Position numbers and translations under genes: made by a program. The notes beneath the pieces are model-generated. The model had not been told where the DNA came from. It saw only the letters and a list, made by a program, of their open reading frames with translations, and made no database searches. A DNA stretch of 61,609 nt, the filler included. It is 4 parts of 4 records of this genome, joined end to end, with 100 filler letters (N's around TTAATTAATTAA, not from the genome) between each part and the next. Parts side by side here need not be neighbours in the genome. Positions count along the whole stretch, not along the records: positions 12,616 to 28,987 come from SRR22947727_4972; positions 29,088 to 44,663 come from SRR22947727_4996; 2 more parts are not named here. One strand, written 5' to 3'. Of the stretch, positions 20,697-29,088 are shown piece by piece (position 1 is the stretch's first letter; each line of letters starts with the position of its first letter).

Positions 20697-23170
20697 GCTG
20701 GCGCGATGCTAAAGGTTTTAAGTTCGAGAGAGTATTCCCAAACCCAACCATCCGGATCATGCTGAGCAATCCAAGTCGTGAAATCATTTCGCCGGCGTTG
20801 AGCTGAAATTTTTTGATGTGTGACGCCAAGCCGTTTCGCTAACTCAGAAATAGATAAAGGTTCAGATGACAATCGAGTGGAAACTTGATCAGAACTGTCG
20901 AAGTTAGTGTCTGAGGAAGATAAACTTGATGACGGAAGAGGTTTGGCTTTGAAGCCAAGAGCTCTGATTGCATTCCCTGCAGCAACAAGAGCAGATCCAT
21001 TATTTAAAAATACGGCAGCAATTGGACTGACAGGTAAGAAGGTTCCTATCACCAAAGCTGAAAGATTTGGAACACCAACAATTCCGATATTTTGTTTAAC
21101 AAGGGCAAACGTATGACGTGCAAGATCTTGAGCAACGATCAAATCAGAAACCTTGTCATTGGTAAGAACAATGTCTGCTGTTTCTCTAGCTAGATCACTG
21201 CCTGAAGCAAATGAAACTGAGACATCGGCATATGCAAGAGCTGCCGAATCATTTATACCATCACCCACAAAAGCAACTTTCTTTCCTTGTGAGGTGTAGT
21301 ACTTGACCAATTCAGCTTTTTGATCAGGAAGTGCATCGGCATGTACTTCATGGGGCTGAAGGCCGATACTTTCGGCAACAGAATGAGCAACAGTAGCAAT
21401 ATCTCCTGTGAGCATATGAGCTTCTATTCCACGTCGATGTAGCTCAGCAATCATGTCACAAGTATCTGGTCGAATCTGATCTAGCGCATAGTGAATGCAA
21501 GCTAGAGAACCATCGATGGCAAGATAAATTGGAGTTGCAACAGAAAGATCAGGGCGAGCTGTGAAAACAGGGAGCACGACACCCTCATCTTCAAGCAATT
21601 TGAAGTTTCCTAGAAGAACCCTCTTACCGTAGATCTCAGCAATAACACCACGACCTACTTTATAATCCCAACTATCGCAATCTGAAGCAGAAATTTGTAC
21701 CGACTCAGCTGAATCACGAATAGCTTTTGCAATCGGATGGTTGAGTCCTTGTTCAAGAGAAGTGGAAATTTGAAGAAGTTCTCTATACAATGAATCATCA
21801 ATTTGTTTTATTTGTTGGCCGCTCGGCTCAAAAGCATCAAGATGAACAATAGAAGGATGACCTTCAGTTAAAGTTCCTGTCTTATCAAAAATCACAACAT
21901 CAACATCCACCAGTTGCTCCAAAGCACGACCACTACGGATCAACAAACCCTGGCTACTGGCTCTAGACAGAGCAGCCATAATTGCAGTGGGAACAGAGAC
22001 ACGTAAACCACTACCAAGATCAAACATCAAAAGAGATGCGGCTTGAGCGATACTTCCACCACTGATGAATAGGGAAAGTCCTGCAAGTGCAAGCGTTGGG
22101 AGTACAAATTTATTTGCAATATTAGAGGCAAAATTTCCAACTCTTGTATCAAAGACAGGAGCTTCTTCAATCATTTTTGTTATTTGTCCTACACGAGTTG
22201 CATCTCCAACAGCAGAAGTTTTAACAACGATACTACCCTCTAGAACAATAAATCCAGCAAGGATTTCATCTCCTGGCCGTGACATTCTTGGGACCGATTC
22301 GCCAGTCAATTTAACAACATCTAACGAAGCTACTCCCGATTCGATTACACCATCAATAGGGACCTTGTCTCCAGGCAAAAAAGAAACACGATCACCAGCA
22401 GAGAGTTCAAAACTTGAGACAATGACCTCTCCTTGATCAGTGATTAATCTCACATCTGATTGAAGACTCGAAACCAGATCAGTATTCGATGAATGAGCAA
22501 TCCGCTGCGTAGCATCTCTTACAGCTTCACCACCTTCGACCATTGTGATCATCATCGCAGGGCCTAAGAGAAAACCCTCCAAGCTGTGGAGAAGGACTGC
22601 AAGAGAATCAAGAAAGTCAACATTAATCTTTCGATCTTTTTTCAAACCATCCCATGCTCTTCGAAAACTAAGATGAGCAGAACCTATAATAAAAAAACCA
22701 ATAGCCAGGGGTGGAAGAGCAAGTGGACCAGCCAAGAGAGCTAACCCAAGCGAACAAACTGGAAGTATTATTCTTGTTGGTACAAACTTCTCGTCATCAT
22801 CTTCAAGTTCTGCGGATGCAGAAACCTGCTTAGCCAGCTCAGGAACGAAAGGGATATTTACGACATCCTCTGGCAGGCTCTTCAACCAAGTTGATGAGTT
22901 AATTGTCTGTCCATCAGTGAAAATGACAACAAAGCATCTGGCCCATCCATTGAATCGTGCTGTTTTAACATGGGGCAATGCAACCAGATATCGTTGAAAA
23001 TTATCTATATCGTCCAATCTAGAGTCGACCCTAAAACGCAATCTATGTGACGATGAATGCAAAATAGCATCAACAAAGCGTGGAAAATCATGCTTAGCTA
23101 TCGATCGTTTGCCATCCACCTCACCGTCAACAACGCTGAATGTGGAGGGAATTTGGTAAGAGGCTGCCAT
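20693..23170 (-). CDS. Heavy-metal P1B-type ATPase (P1B-6/FezB-like)
   Basis: LTGES, FDKTGTLT, HP, MLTGD and GDGINDS are intact. No CPx motif (FDLGSGLRVSVP instead). N-terminal HMA_2-like ILHSSSHRLRFR. Confidence 0.9.
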   Translation of the reverse strand: MAASYQIPSTFSVVDGEVDGKRSIAKHDFPRFVDAILHSSSHRLRFRVDSRLDDIDNFQRYLVALPHVKTARFNGWARCFVVIFTDGQTINSSTWLKSLPEDVVNIPFVPELAKQVSASAELEDDDEKFVPTRIILPVCSLGLALLAGPLALPPLAIGFFIIGSAHLSFRRAWDGLKKDRKINVDFLDSLAVLLHSLEGFLLGPAMMITMVEGGEAVRDATQRIAHSSNTDLVSSLQSDVRLITDQGEVIVSSFELSAGDRVSFLPGDKVPIDGVIESGVASLDVVKLTGESVPRMSRPGDEILAGFIVLEGSIVVKTSAVGDATRVGQITKMIEEAPVFDTRVGNFASNIANKFVLPTLALAGLSLFISGGSIAQAASLLMFDLGSGLRVSVPTAIMAALSRASSQGLLIRSGRALEQLVDVDVVIFDKTGTLTEGHPSIVHLDAFEPSGQQIKQIDDSLYRELLQISTSLEQGLNHPIAKAIRDSAESVQISASDCDSWDYKVGRGVIAEIYGKRVLLGNFKLLEDEGVVLPVFTARPDLSVATPIYLAIDGSLACIHYALDQIRPDTCDMIAELHRRGIEAHMLTGDIATVAHSVAESIGLQPHEVHADALPDQKAELVKYYTSQGKKVAFVGDGINDSAALAYADVSVSFASGSDLARETADIVLTNDKVSDLIVAQDLARHTFALVKQNIGIVGVPNLSALVIGTFLPVSPIAAVFLNNGSALVAAGNAIRALGFKAKPLPSSSLSSSDTNFDSSDQVSTRLSSEPLSISELAKRLGVTHQKISAQRRRNDFTTWIAQHDPDGWVWEYSLELKTFSIAPA

Positions 23171-23205
23171 TATTTGTTGAGACTAAAGTGTGTATAAGAA
23201 GAAGA

Positions 23206-23541
23206 CTATTCAACGGTTACATCAGTCATTGGTGTGGATTTTTTGTGGATAATGTTTTTTGATTCAGAGCCAGATGCTTCAGTACCTTCAGACTTAGCTT
23301 CCTCAACTAAGTCGATAAAAGACTCTGCTACCTCTGCAGCACCCTTAGCAACACCTTGTACAACCTTGCCTGCAGTACCAGCAGCTACTAGCCCAACTTT
23401 CACACCCGTTTTGGCCATCGTTCGACCTGTTTGTCCCATCGAATCTCCAAGCTCTTGATTACCCATCTTGCGAACAACTGGAGCAAGAGCCATCAAAGCG
23501 GCACCTGCACCAAAAGCAGCAATAGTTTCTAGCTCGAACAT
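23206..23541 (-). CDS. DUF5132-like small membrane-associated protein, copy 1
   Basis: Gly/Ala hydrophobic N-terminus, AKTGVKVG, ESFIDLVEEAKSE. Immediately upstream of the ATPase. Confidence 0.7.
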   Translation of the reverse strand: MFELETIAAFGAGAALMALAPVVRKMGNQELGDSMGQTGRTMAKTGVKVGLVAAGTAGKVVQGVAKGAAEVAESFIDLVEEAKSEGTEASGSESKNIIHKKSTPMTDVTVE

Positions 23542-23632
23542 TGTAATTACTCATTACAAGAAAATTCTACTACATAAGAAGCAGACTTAAGCTTATTTTC
23601 AGATAAACTGTCAGCGACAATAGAGTGTAATC

Positions 23633-24679
23633 TTGACTACAATCTTTAGCTCTGATCGGTATTCAACGCTACAGACTGCTGTTGAATCTGTGATCGGTTC
23701 TTCAACAGATGAGAGAATGAAGATACTTGACCTGACCGGTGAACGAGTCTTTAAATGTTTGAGACCTGGTTTGGAAATTGAATACTTTGATTATTATCAG
23801 TCAATTGAAAAAGTTTGGAGTGAGTTGTTGCCTCATGCTCTTGACTGGTGGAAGCCTTTAGGACTTGAAAATAATAATGCCATTGAACTTCCTGAACTCC
23901 CAGGCCTAGAAGACATATTAAAACTTACTGTTCTCGCTCGAGGAATAGAATCGGCCAGCAATAATAAGAATTTAATTGTACTTTTGCCGCCACCATTACA
24001 GGCCTTAAAAATACTTCGAATGGCACATCAAGGGCCTGAACTTATCGACGACATATTGGACCCATTGCTGAATTGGTGGGATTCAACCCGAGGATCATTA
24101 GCGACAGTCGAAAAACTTCTTAGGCTTAATCTTCCATCTTCAGCACAATTAAGACTCACAACTTCCTGGAAAGAGCGTATGAAGACTCTTCAAAGAATTA
24201 CTTCCGATCGAAAATTACACCATCTTATACTTTTATTCGATGGATACAACATGTCATCAGAAACAATCAAGACAAGGATTAGCACTTGTGGAATCCATGG
24301 GGTGATTCCGAGCCATATAATCATAGAAAGCCATGCAGAGAAGTCTCATGAATCGCTCTCCTCAAAAGATCTAAATGATCTAGTAGACATTAGTTTTTGC
24401 CAATCAATCGTTGATATTACGCCAATACTAAATAAAAAGAGCAATGCAGAATTAAAAATCTCGGCTCCAACGACAGAATATAATACAAAATCCTGCGAAT
24501 TAAAGGTTTTTCTTCCTTATATCTGCAAAGAAAAATTAACTATTAAGCAGCATTACGATCAAATTTATTTCATTTATCAAGGGAGTCGTAGAACAATTCC
24601 TTTACCAAAAAGTTGGGCCTCTTTAACATGCACACATGCAAAAATATCATCAGGATGGCTGAGTCTTGGATTTGGCTGA
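23633..24679 (+). CDS. Degenerate ArsA/Get3-like protein with C-terminal HSP20-like domain
   Basis: ELPELPGLEDIL motif. C-terminal LKVFLP...RRTIPLP....AKI..GWL.L.F resembles ArsA_HSP20. No GKGGVGKT P-loop. Confidence 0.7.
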   Translation: MTTIFSSDRYSTLQTAVESVIGSSTDERMKILDLTGERVFKCLRPGLEIEYFDYYQSIEKVWSELLPHALDWWKPLGLENNNAIELPELPGLEDILKLTVLARGIESASNNKNLIVLLPPPLQALKILRMAHQGPELIDDILDPLLNWWDSTRGSLATVEKLLRLNLPSSAQLRLTTSWKERMKTLQRITSDRKLHHLILLFDGYNMSSETIKTRISTCGIHGVIPSHIIIESHAEKSHESLSSKDLNDLVDISFCQSIVDITPILNKKSNAELKISAPTTEYNTKSCELKVFLPYICKEKLTIKQHYDQIYFIYQGSRRTIPLPKSWASLTCTHAKISSGWLSLGFG

Positions 24680-25078
24680 TGGCCTCCAACCCAGCCACCA
24701 TGCCATTAAAAAGAAGGGTGTCCCAGGAAGAATTGGCAAAATCCACCCAAGTAGAGCCAAAACTAACATCGCCTGTATAGATATCTTTTTAGTTTGATGC
24801 CCCACACGCTCAAGTTTGGTAGGAGGGAGTATTGGACCTTGAGGGTGTGTAGATAAAAAATATTGATCCAACCAAATTTGAATTTTAATTGCGTCAATAC
24901 GATGATCTTGGATAGAAACTACAACACAACCTTGACCTAAGGAAGACTGCCGAAGAATTAGATATGGATAATAGTATGAAAAGGTTGAGTTTAAAAATAA
25001 ATATTCTAAAGGCGATAAAGTGTTGGAGAAAATGAATCGCACCCGATTCGGTGTTACGTGCTTAATGCTGATCGTCAA
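24650..25078 (-). CDS. HMA_2-like domain plus DUF454/YbaN-like membrane hairpin
   Basis: IKHVTPNRVRF at the N-terminus and LGWILPILPGTPFFLMAWW at the C-terminus. Confidence 0.65.
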   Translation of the reverse strand: MTISIKHVTPNRVRFIFSNTLSPLEYLFLNSTFSYYYPYLILRQSSLGQGCVVVSIQDHRIDAIKIQIWLDQYFLSTHPQGPILPPTKLERVGHQTKKISIQAMLVLALLGWILPILPGTPFFLMAWWLGWRPSAKSKTQPS

Positions 25079-25081
25079 AAG

Positions 25082-25396
25082 TTAAGCTTTTGCTGTACCG
25101 GTTTTTACCTTAGAAGTTTTAGACGGCTCAGCCAGATCAGCTTTGGCTTCAGCGAGAATGTCGCCAAAACTTTCTCCAATCTCATTGACTCCTGATTTGA
25201 GACCAGAGAAGGCGCCCGTGATGGTTGAACCAATAACAATACCCACCTTGAGGCCTTGCTTTGTCAAACCACGCCCAACACCAGAGATGGTTCTTGTCAC
25301 AGAGCTTTCACGTCCAGCAACAGTCGACACAACAGGTGTAATCGCCACGAGAGCGGCTCCAAGACTGAAGGCAACCAGATACTCGAGCTCGAACAT
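25082..25396 (-). CDS. DUF5132-like small protein, copy 2
   Basis: Starts MFELE like copy 1 (ATG at 25396). TKQGLKVG and ESFGDILAEAKADL motifs. Confidence 0.7.
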   Translation of the reverse strand: MFELEYLVAFSLGAALVAITPVVSTVAGRESSVTRTISGVGRGLTKQGLKVGIVIGSTITGAFSGLKSGVNEIGESFGDILAEAKADLAEPSKTSKVKTGTAKA

Positions 25397-25515
25397 GAAG
25401 GCCACTATTAAAGTAAATATAATATAGCTAGGCATGTCCCCAAAAGAAGTATCATAGAGCACAAAAAGAATGAGATTGCTTGAATTTCAGCACACACTAA
25501 ATGATCAATATTAAC

Positions 25516-26178
25516 TTAGCTGACTTGAGTGGCTAATGACAGAATAATCGAAAGAACAGTTGATGAATAAAGGAAAGAAGCCAAGCAATGAATGATTACA
25601 ACTCGACGAACAGAAGAGTCCTTAATCCCACAATCTGTCATAGAATAAGTTAAACCAATCGAATAGGAAATATATAAAAAATCACTAAATGTAGGTTCCG
25701 ATCCCTCGAAGATAAAACCTTTTGACTCTTCATTGTTGACTAATTCAAGCGGATTCATATCAAAGTATCTTTTTGCGTAATACAAAGCAAATCCATTATG
25801 GAGCTCAACCCAAGTAAGAAAGACGGCAGTAAAAGAAATGAAGACATGAAAAGAGTTGGGCAAAACATCAGATGGATTATGCAGATCAGCAACGCAAAAC
25901 GAGAGCAATCCCAAACTAAGAAAAACTAGAGCGATTGTTTTCTCAGCAACAAGAATTCCTTTGGCGCTATACTCAACGAATAAAAGTCGTGTCGATCTTT
26001 GATCAAGAAGCCAGCCTTGTTTAACCATTTGAAAAAGATCCCAACCGAGTGAGAGCATAATTGCGACAGTTAAGCCCTCCTTTGGGGTAAGAATAGGAAT
26101 AAGGACAAGGCTTGAAAAAAAACCAAGAGCAATAGAGCGAATCAATCGATATTGGTCTGATAGAGATTGATATCTCAT
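25516..26178 (-). CDS. DUF1345 family membrane protein
   Basis: H..FALYYAKRYF, F.FEGSEPTFSDFLYISYSIGLTYSMTD, VRRVVIIH motifs. Confidence 0.8.
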   Translation of the reverse strand: MRYQSLSDQYRLIRSIALGFFSSLVLIPILTPKEGLTVAIMLSLGWDLFQMVKQGWLLDQRSTRLLFVEYSAKGILVAEKTIALVFLSLGLLSFCVADLHNPSDVLPNSFHVFISFTAVFLTWVELHNGFALYYAKRYFDMNPLELVNNEESKGFIFEGSEPTFSDFLYISYSIGLTYSMTDCGIKDSSVRRVVIIHCLASFLYSSTVLSIILSLATQVS

Positions 26179-26188
26179 AGCATCACAA

Positions 26189-27559
26189 TTAAGATAAAGA
26201 CTTAGAAGAAATAATCAATTTGTCGTGAATCATAGGGATGATTAAAGATTTAATTATCATCGAAAAAATCACAACACCGCACACAATATCAACCATGAAG
26301 ATAACACTACTTTTCTGGATAAGCTCAACACCCTCAAGCCCAAATGTCTCCTCTAATAATGCTGGAGCTGTAACAATTAACGCCATTGAAATCGCTCCTT
26401 TGGGACTCCAAGATGATAAAATTTTAAATTCTTCTGGTTCGATTGAATCACCTCTGAAAAACATAAATACAGATGCAGGACGGACCAAGATAACCCCAAG
26501 CCAAACCAGTATTGCAATAGGAAGATGGTGAAAAAATGATGTTGCTTCCATACCTAAACCAATAGCAAAAAATAAAATAGCTTCAGAAGCAATGTTCAAA
26601 GATTCAAGCTCCTCGGTGAGGAACTCAACTTCCTCAGAGGAAGCACTACTACGATAAGAAATAGAGGTGAATATGCCCATGACAAGAGCACTTAAATAAC
26701 CACCAGAACCAGCCAAGTAAAAAGATACAACATAGCCAATGAAAGCAAATGAAATAGCAATTAAAACCAGCTGCGGCCTGGATGTTACGATGTTTCTAAT
26801 AACAAACATCAGCAAATAACCTAAAATAAAGCCTGATAATATTCCGACAAGTACACCCTTTACGATAGATATAAATATATTTTCTTGAATTAGAATAGAA
26901 TCATTGGCATAAATATGCATCCAAGCTAATACCAGCAATTCTGCGAAAATCAAGGATATAGCGGCAGATACGGATGTCTCAATCTTAAATATATCGCTGA
27001 TAACCTCACGAAAATCTGCAATCTTATTGGATACAAATGTAAAAGAATTCCAATCTTGTACTGCTAGAGAGAAGACTATTGCAGTTGCAATTAACCACAG
27101 CTTTTGTGGCTCTACATCAGGAAGAAGATTAAAATAAACTTGAAGGAAACCGAAACCAAGTCGCAATAAAATTAGCCCTATAATCATACTGAACAGTGTG
27201 CCAAAAACTGCAAGAAGCAGTGAGCTAATCAATATTTTGCTCCGTTTCAGTAAGCTTTTTGAAAAAGCGAGTCCACTAAAAAACAAAAGAATCGTCACAG
27301 ATACAACATGGATTTCCTCTAGAGGAAATGTTTCTAAATTAAATCCTGTGACGTTGTGAAAGAATAAGCCCGAGAAAAATAAAAAAATCGATCCGGGAAT
27401 GCCCAATTTCAAACCTACTTTATCAAAAATAATCCCAATTATTAACAATAAGGACAATGATAATAAGGCGTAGACAAATGAAAATTGCAGCGTTTCAACA
27501 GAATATGAGGTGTCAGACGTAGATATTTCAGAAATCAGTGGCAGCCAAAAACTCAGCAT
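26189..27559 (-). CDS. Cation:proton antiporter (CPA1/NhaP-like), divergent
   Basis: About 12 TM segments; LLFFSG, GSGGYLSALVMGI, LFFAIG, VRP and PKGAISMAL motifs. Confidence 0.8.
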   Translation of the reverse strand: MLSFWLPLISEISTSDTSYSVETLQFSFVYALLSLSLLLIIGIIFDKVGLKLGIPGSIFLFFSGLFFHNVTGFNLETFPLEEIHVVSVTILLFFSGLAFSKSLLKRSKILISSLLLAVFGTLFSMIIGLILLRLGFGFLQVYFNLLPDVEPQKLWLIATAIVFSLAVQDWNSFTFVSNKIADFREVISDIFKIETSVSAAISLIFAELLVLAWMHIYANDSILIQENIFISIVKGVLVGILSGFILGYLLMFVIRNIVTSRPQLVLIAISFAFIGYVVSFYLAGSGGYLSALVMGIFTSISYRSSASSEEVEFLTEELESLNIASEAILFFAIGLGMEATSFFHHLPIAILVWLGVILVRPASVFMFFRGDSIEPEEFKILSSWSPKGAISMALIVTAPALLEETFGLEGVELIQKSSVIFMVDIVCGVVIFSMIIKSLIIPMIHDKLIISSKSLS

Positions 27560-27785
27560 AAATAAGCTGAAATATAAAAAATCTTACTATAAAAAATTTT
27601 CCAAAACTGTGCCCTATGCTACCTTCAGTTCCGTAGTTGACAAAACTGTTCACTTGCACTGTCATGGTATATAAAGTCACATTGTCATTAACAAATCAGC
27701 TGTCAGCATCCACTAACCGAAATCAGCCAGACTCCAGATCAAAGGCAATTATAATTAACTAGGAGTTTTAGGGAGGTTTATTCCA

Positions 27786-28424
27786 TTGTCTGACTATCTT
27801 GACTCTGACATTTCTCCGTGTAGCCCTTATTTAATTATTGATGAGCTTAAGAGGGGTTTTGAGAGATTTAAATCTGGTCGAACTGACCATCCCCATGCCA
27901 CAGCAGCTCGTGTTCATCAGCTTATTGGAGGTCAGCATCCACAAGTCGCTCTGCTCGCATGTTCTGATTCTCGGGTTCCAATTGAAGTTATTTTTGATGC
28001 AGGATTCGGAGATTTATTTGTTATCCGTAATGCGGGAAATACCAATACATTTGGCTCAGCAGGTTCAATCGAGTATGCAGTTTTAGACTTAAAAGTTCCC
28101 GTGCTTGTAGTCATGAGCCACCAGGGCTGCGGTGCTGTAAAAGCAGCTTTCTCAAAAGATAGTATTTTTTCCAAATCCCTGACAGAATTGGTAGAAGATA
28201 TTAAACAGGGTTTAATTAGGTATAATATTGATATCAACGATTCAACAACCTACCAGGAAGCATGTATCCGTCATGCAGCGATTACCGCAGAATCATTAAT
28301 GAAAATAAGTAAAGATATTCATGATGCTGTCCGTCAGAAACGATTATTGATTCAACCAGCTTATCTGCACATCGATCCAATCCAAATTGATTGGCTCACT
28401 CCTTACTACGGAGATAATTTCTGA
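27786..28424 (+). CDS. Beta-class carbonic anhydrase
   Basis: [23 protein letters not shown] and HQGCGAV zinc-ligand motifs. Confidence 0.93.
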   Translation: MSDYLDSDISPCSPYLIIDELKRGFERFKSGRTDHPHATAARVHQLIGGQHPQVALLACSDSRVPIEVIFDAGFGDLFVIRNAGNTNTFGSAGSIEYAVLDLKVPVLVVMSHQGCGAVKAAFSKDSIFSKSLTELVEDIKQGLIRYNIDINDSTTYQEACIRHAAITAESLMKISKDIHDAVRQKRLLIQPAYLHIDPIQIDWLTPYYGDNF

Positions 28425-28987
28425 GCGGTCGTTAGGACAGCGTCCGGAGAAATCCACATGGCATCGCCATAGGAAAAAAACCGGTACTCGCGATCAATCG
28501 CCTCGGCATACAGCGCCAACAGCTTCTCGCGACCAATCAGGGCACTCACCAGCAGCAACAAGGAACTTTTCGGCAGATGGAAATTGGTTAACAGTCCTTG
28601 AACAACCCGAAATTGATAGCCCGGTTGAATCACCAGATTCACCGGTCCGGTGAATGGTTTCAACACGCCACCATGCATTTGTGCTGCCCCCTCAAGGGCA
28701 CGAACACTGGTGGTTCCAACGGCAATCACGCGGCCACGGCACTGCTGAATCGCCTTCACCACTGACGCATTCACTTCAATCCATTCGCTGTGCAATGCCA
28801 ACTGCGTGAGATCTTCTGTTTCCACAGGGCGAAACGTACCCAGCCCCACATGCAGCGTGATGCGCGTCAGCTCGACGCCCTTGCTCTGCAAACCAGCCAA
28901 CAGTTCATCGCTGAAATGAAGGCCTGCCGTGGGTGCCGCAACAGCACCGGGTCGATCCGCATAACGGGTCTGGTAACGCTCGGCATC
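28406..28987 (-). CDS. queA: S-adenosylmethionine:tRNA ribosyltransferase-isomerase (5'-truncated)
   Basis: [46 protein letters not shown]. Confidence 0.96.
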   Translation of the reverse strand, partial: DAERYQTRYADRPGAVAAPTAGLHFSDELLAGLQSKGVELTRITLHVGLGTFRPVETEDLTQLALHSEWIEVNASVVKAIQQCRGRVIAVGTTSVRALEGAAQMHGGVLKPFTGPVNLVIQPGYQFRVVQGLLTNFHLPKSSLLLLVSALIGREKLLALYAEAIDREYRFFSYGDAMWISPDAVLTTAQKLSP

Positions 28988-29087
28988 NNNNNNNNNNNNN
29001 NNNNNNNNNNNNNNNNNNNNNNNNNNNNNNNTTAATTAATTAANNNNNNNNNNNNNNNNNNNNNNNNNNNNNNNNNNNNNNNNNNNN
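28988..29087. other. Artificial contig-joining spacer
   Basis: N44 + TTAATTAATTAA + N44. Confidence 0.98.
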
Positions 29088-29088
29088 T

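Larger units (their letters stand above)
16780..28424. mobile_element. AT-rich genomic island between cysK and queA (no integrase seen)
   Basis: Shift from GC-rich core genes to AT-rich sequence after the cysK terminator, with an abrupt return at the queA 3' end. Confidence 0.8.

Noticed and set aside
16840-28424. Calcyanin (ccyA) in the island
   Set aside because: No protein has the long triple glycine-zipper C-terminal domain; only HMA_2-like domains are present.
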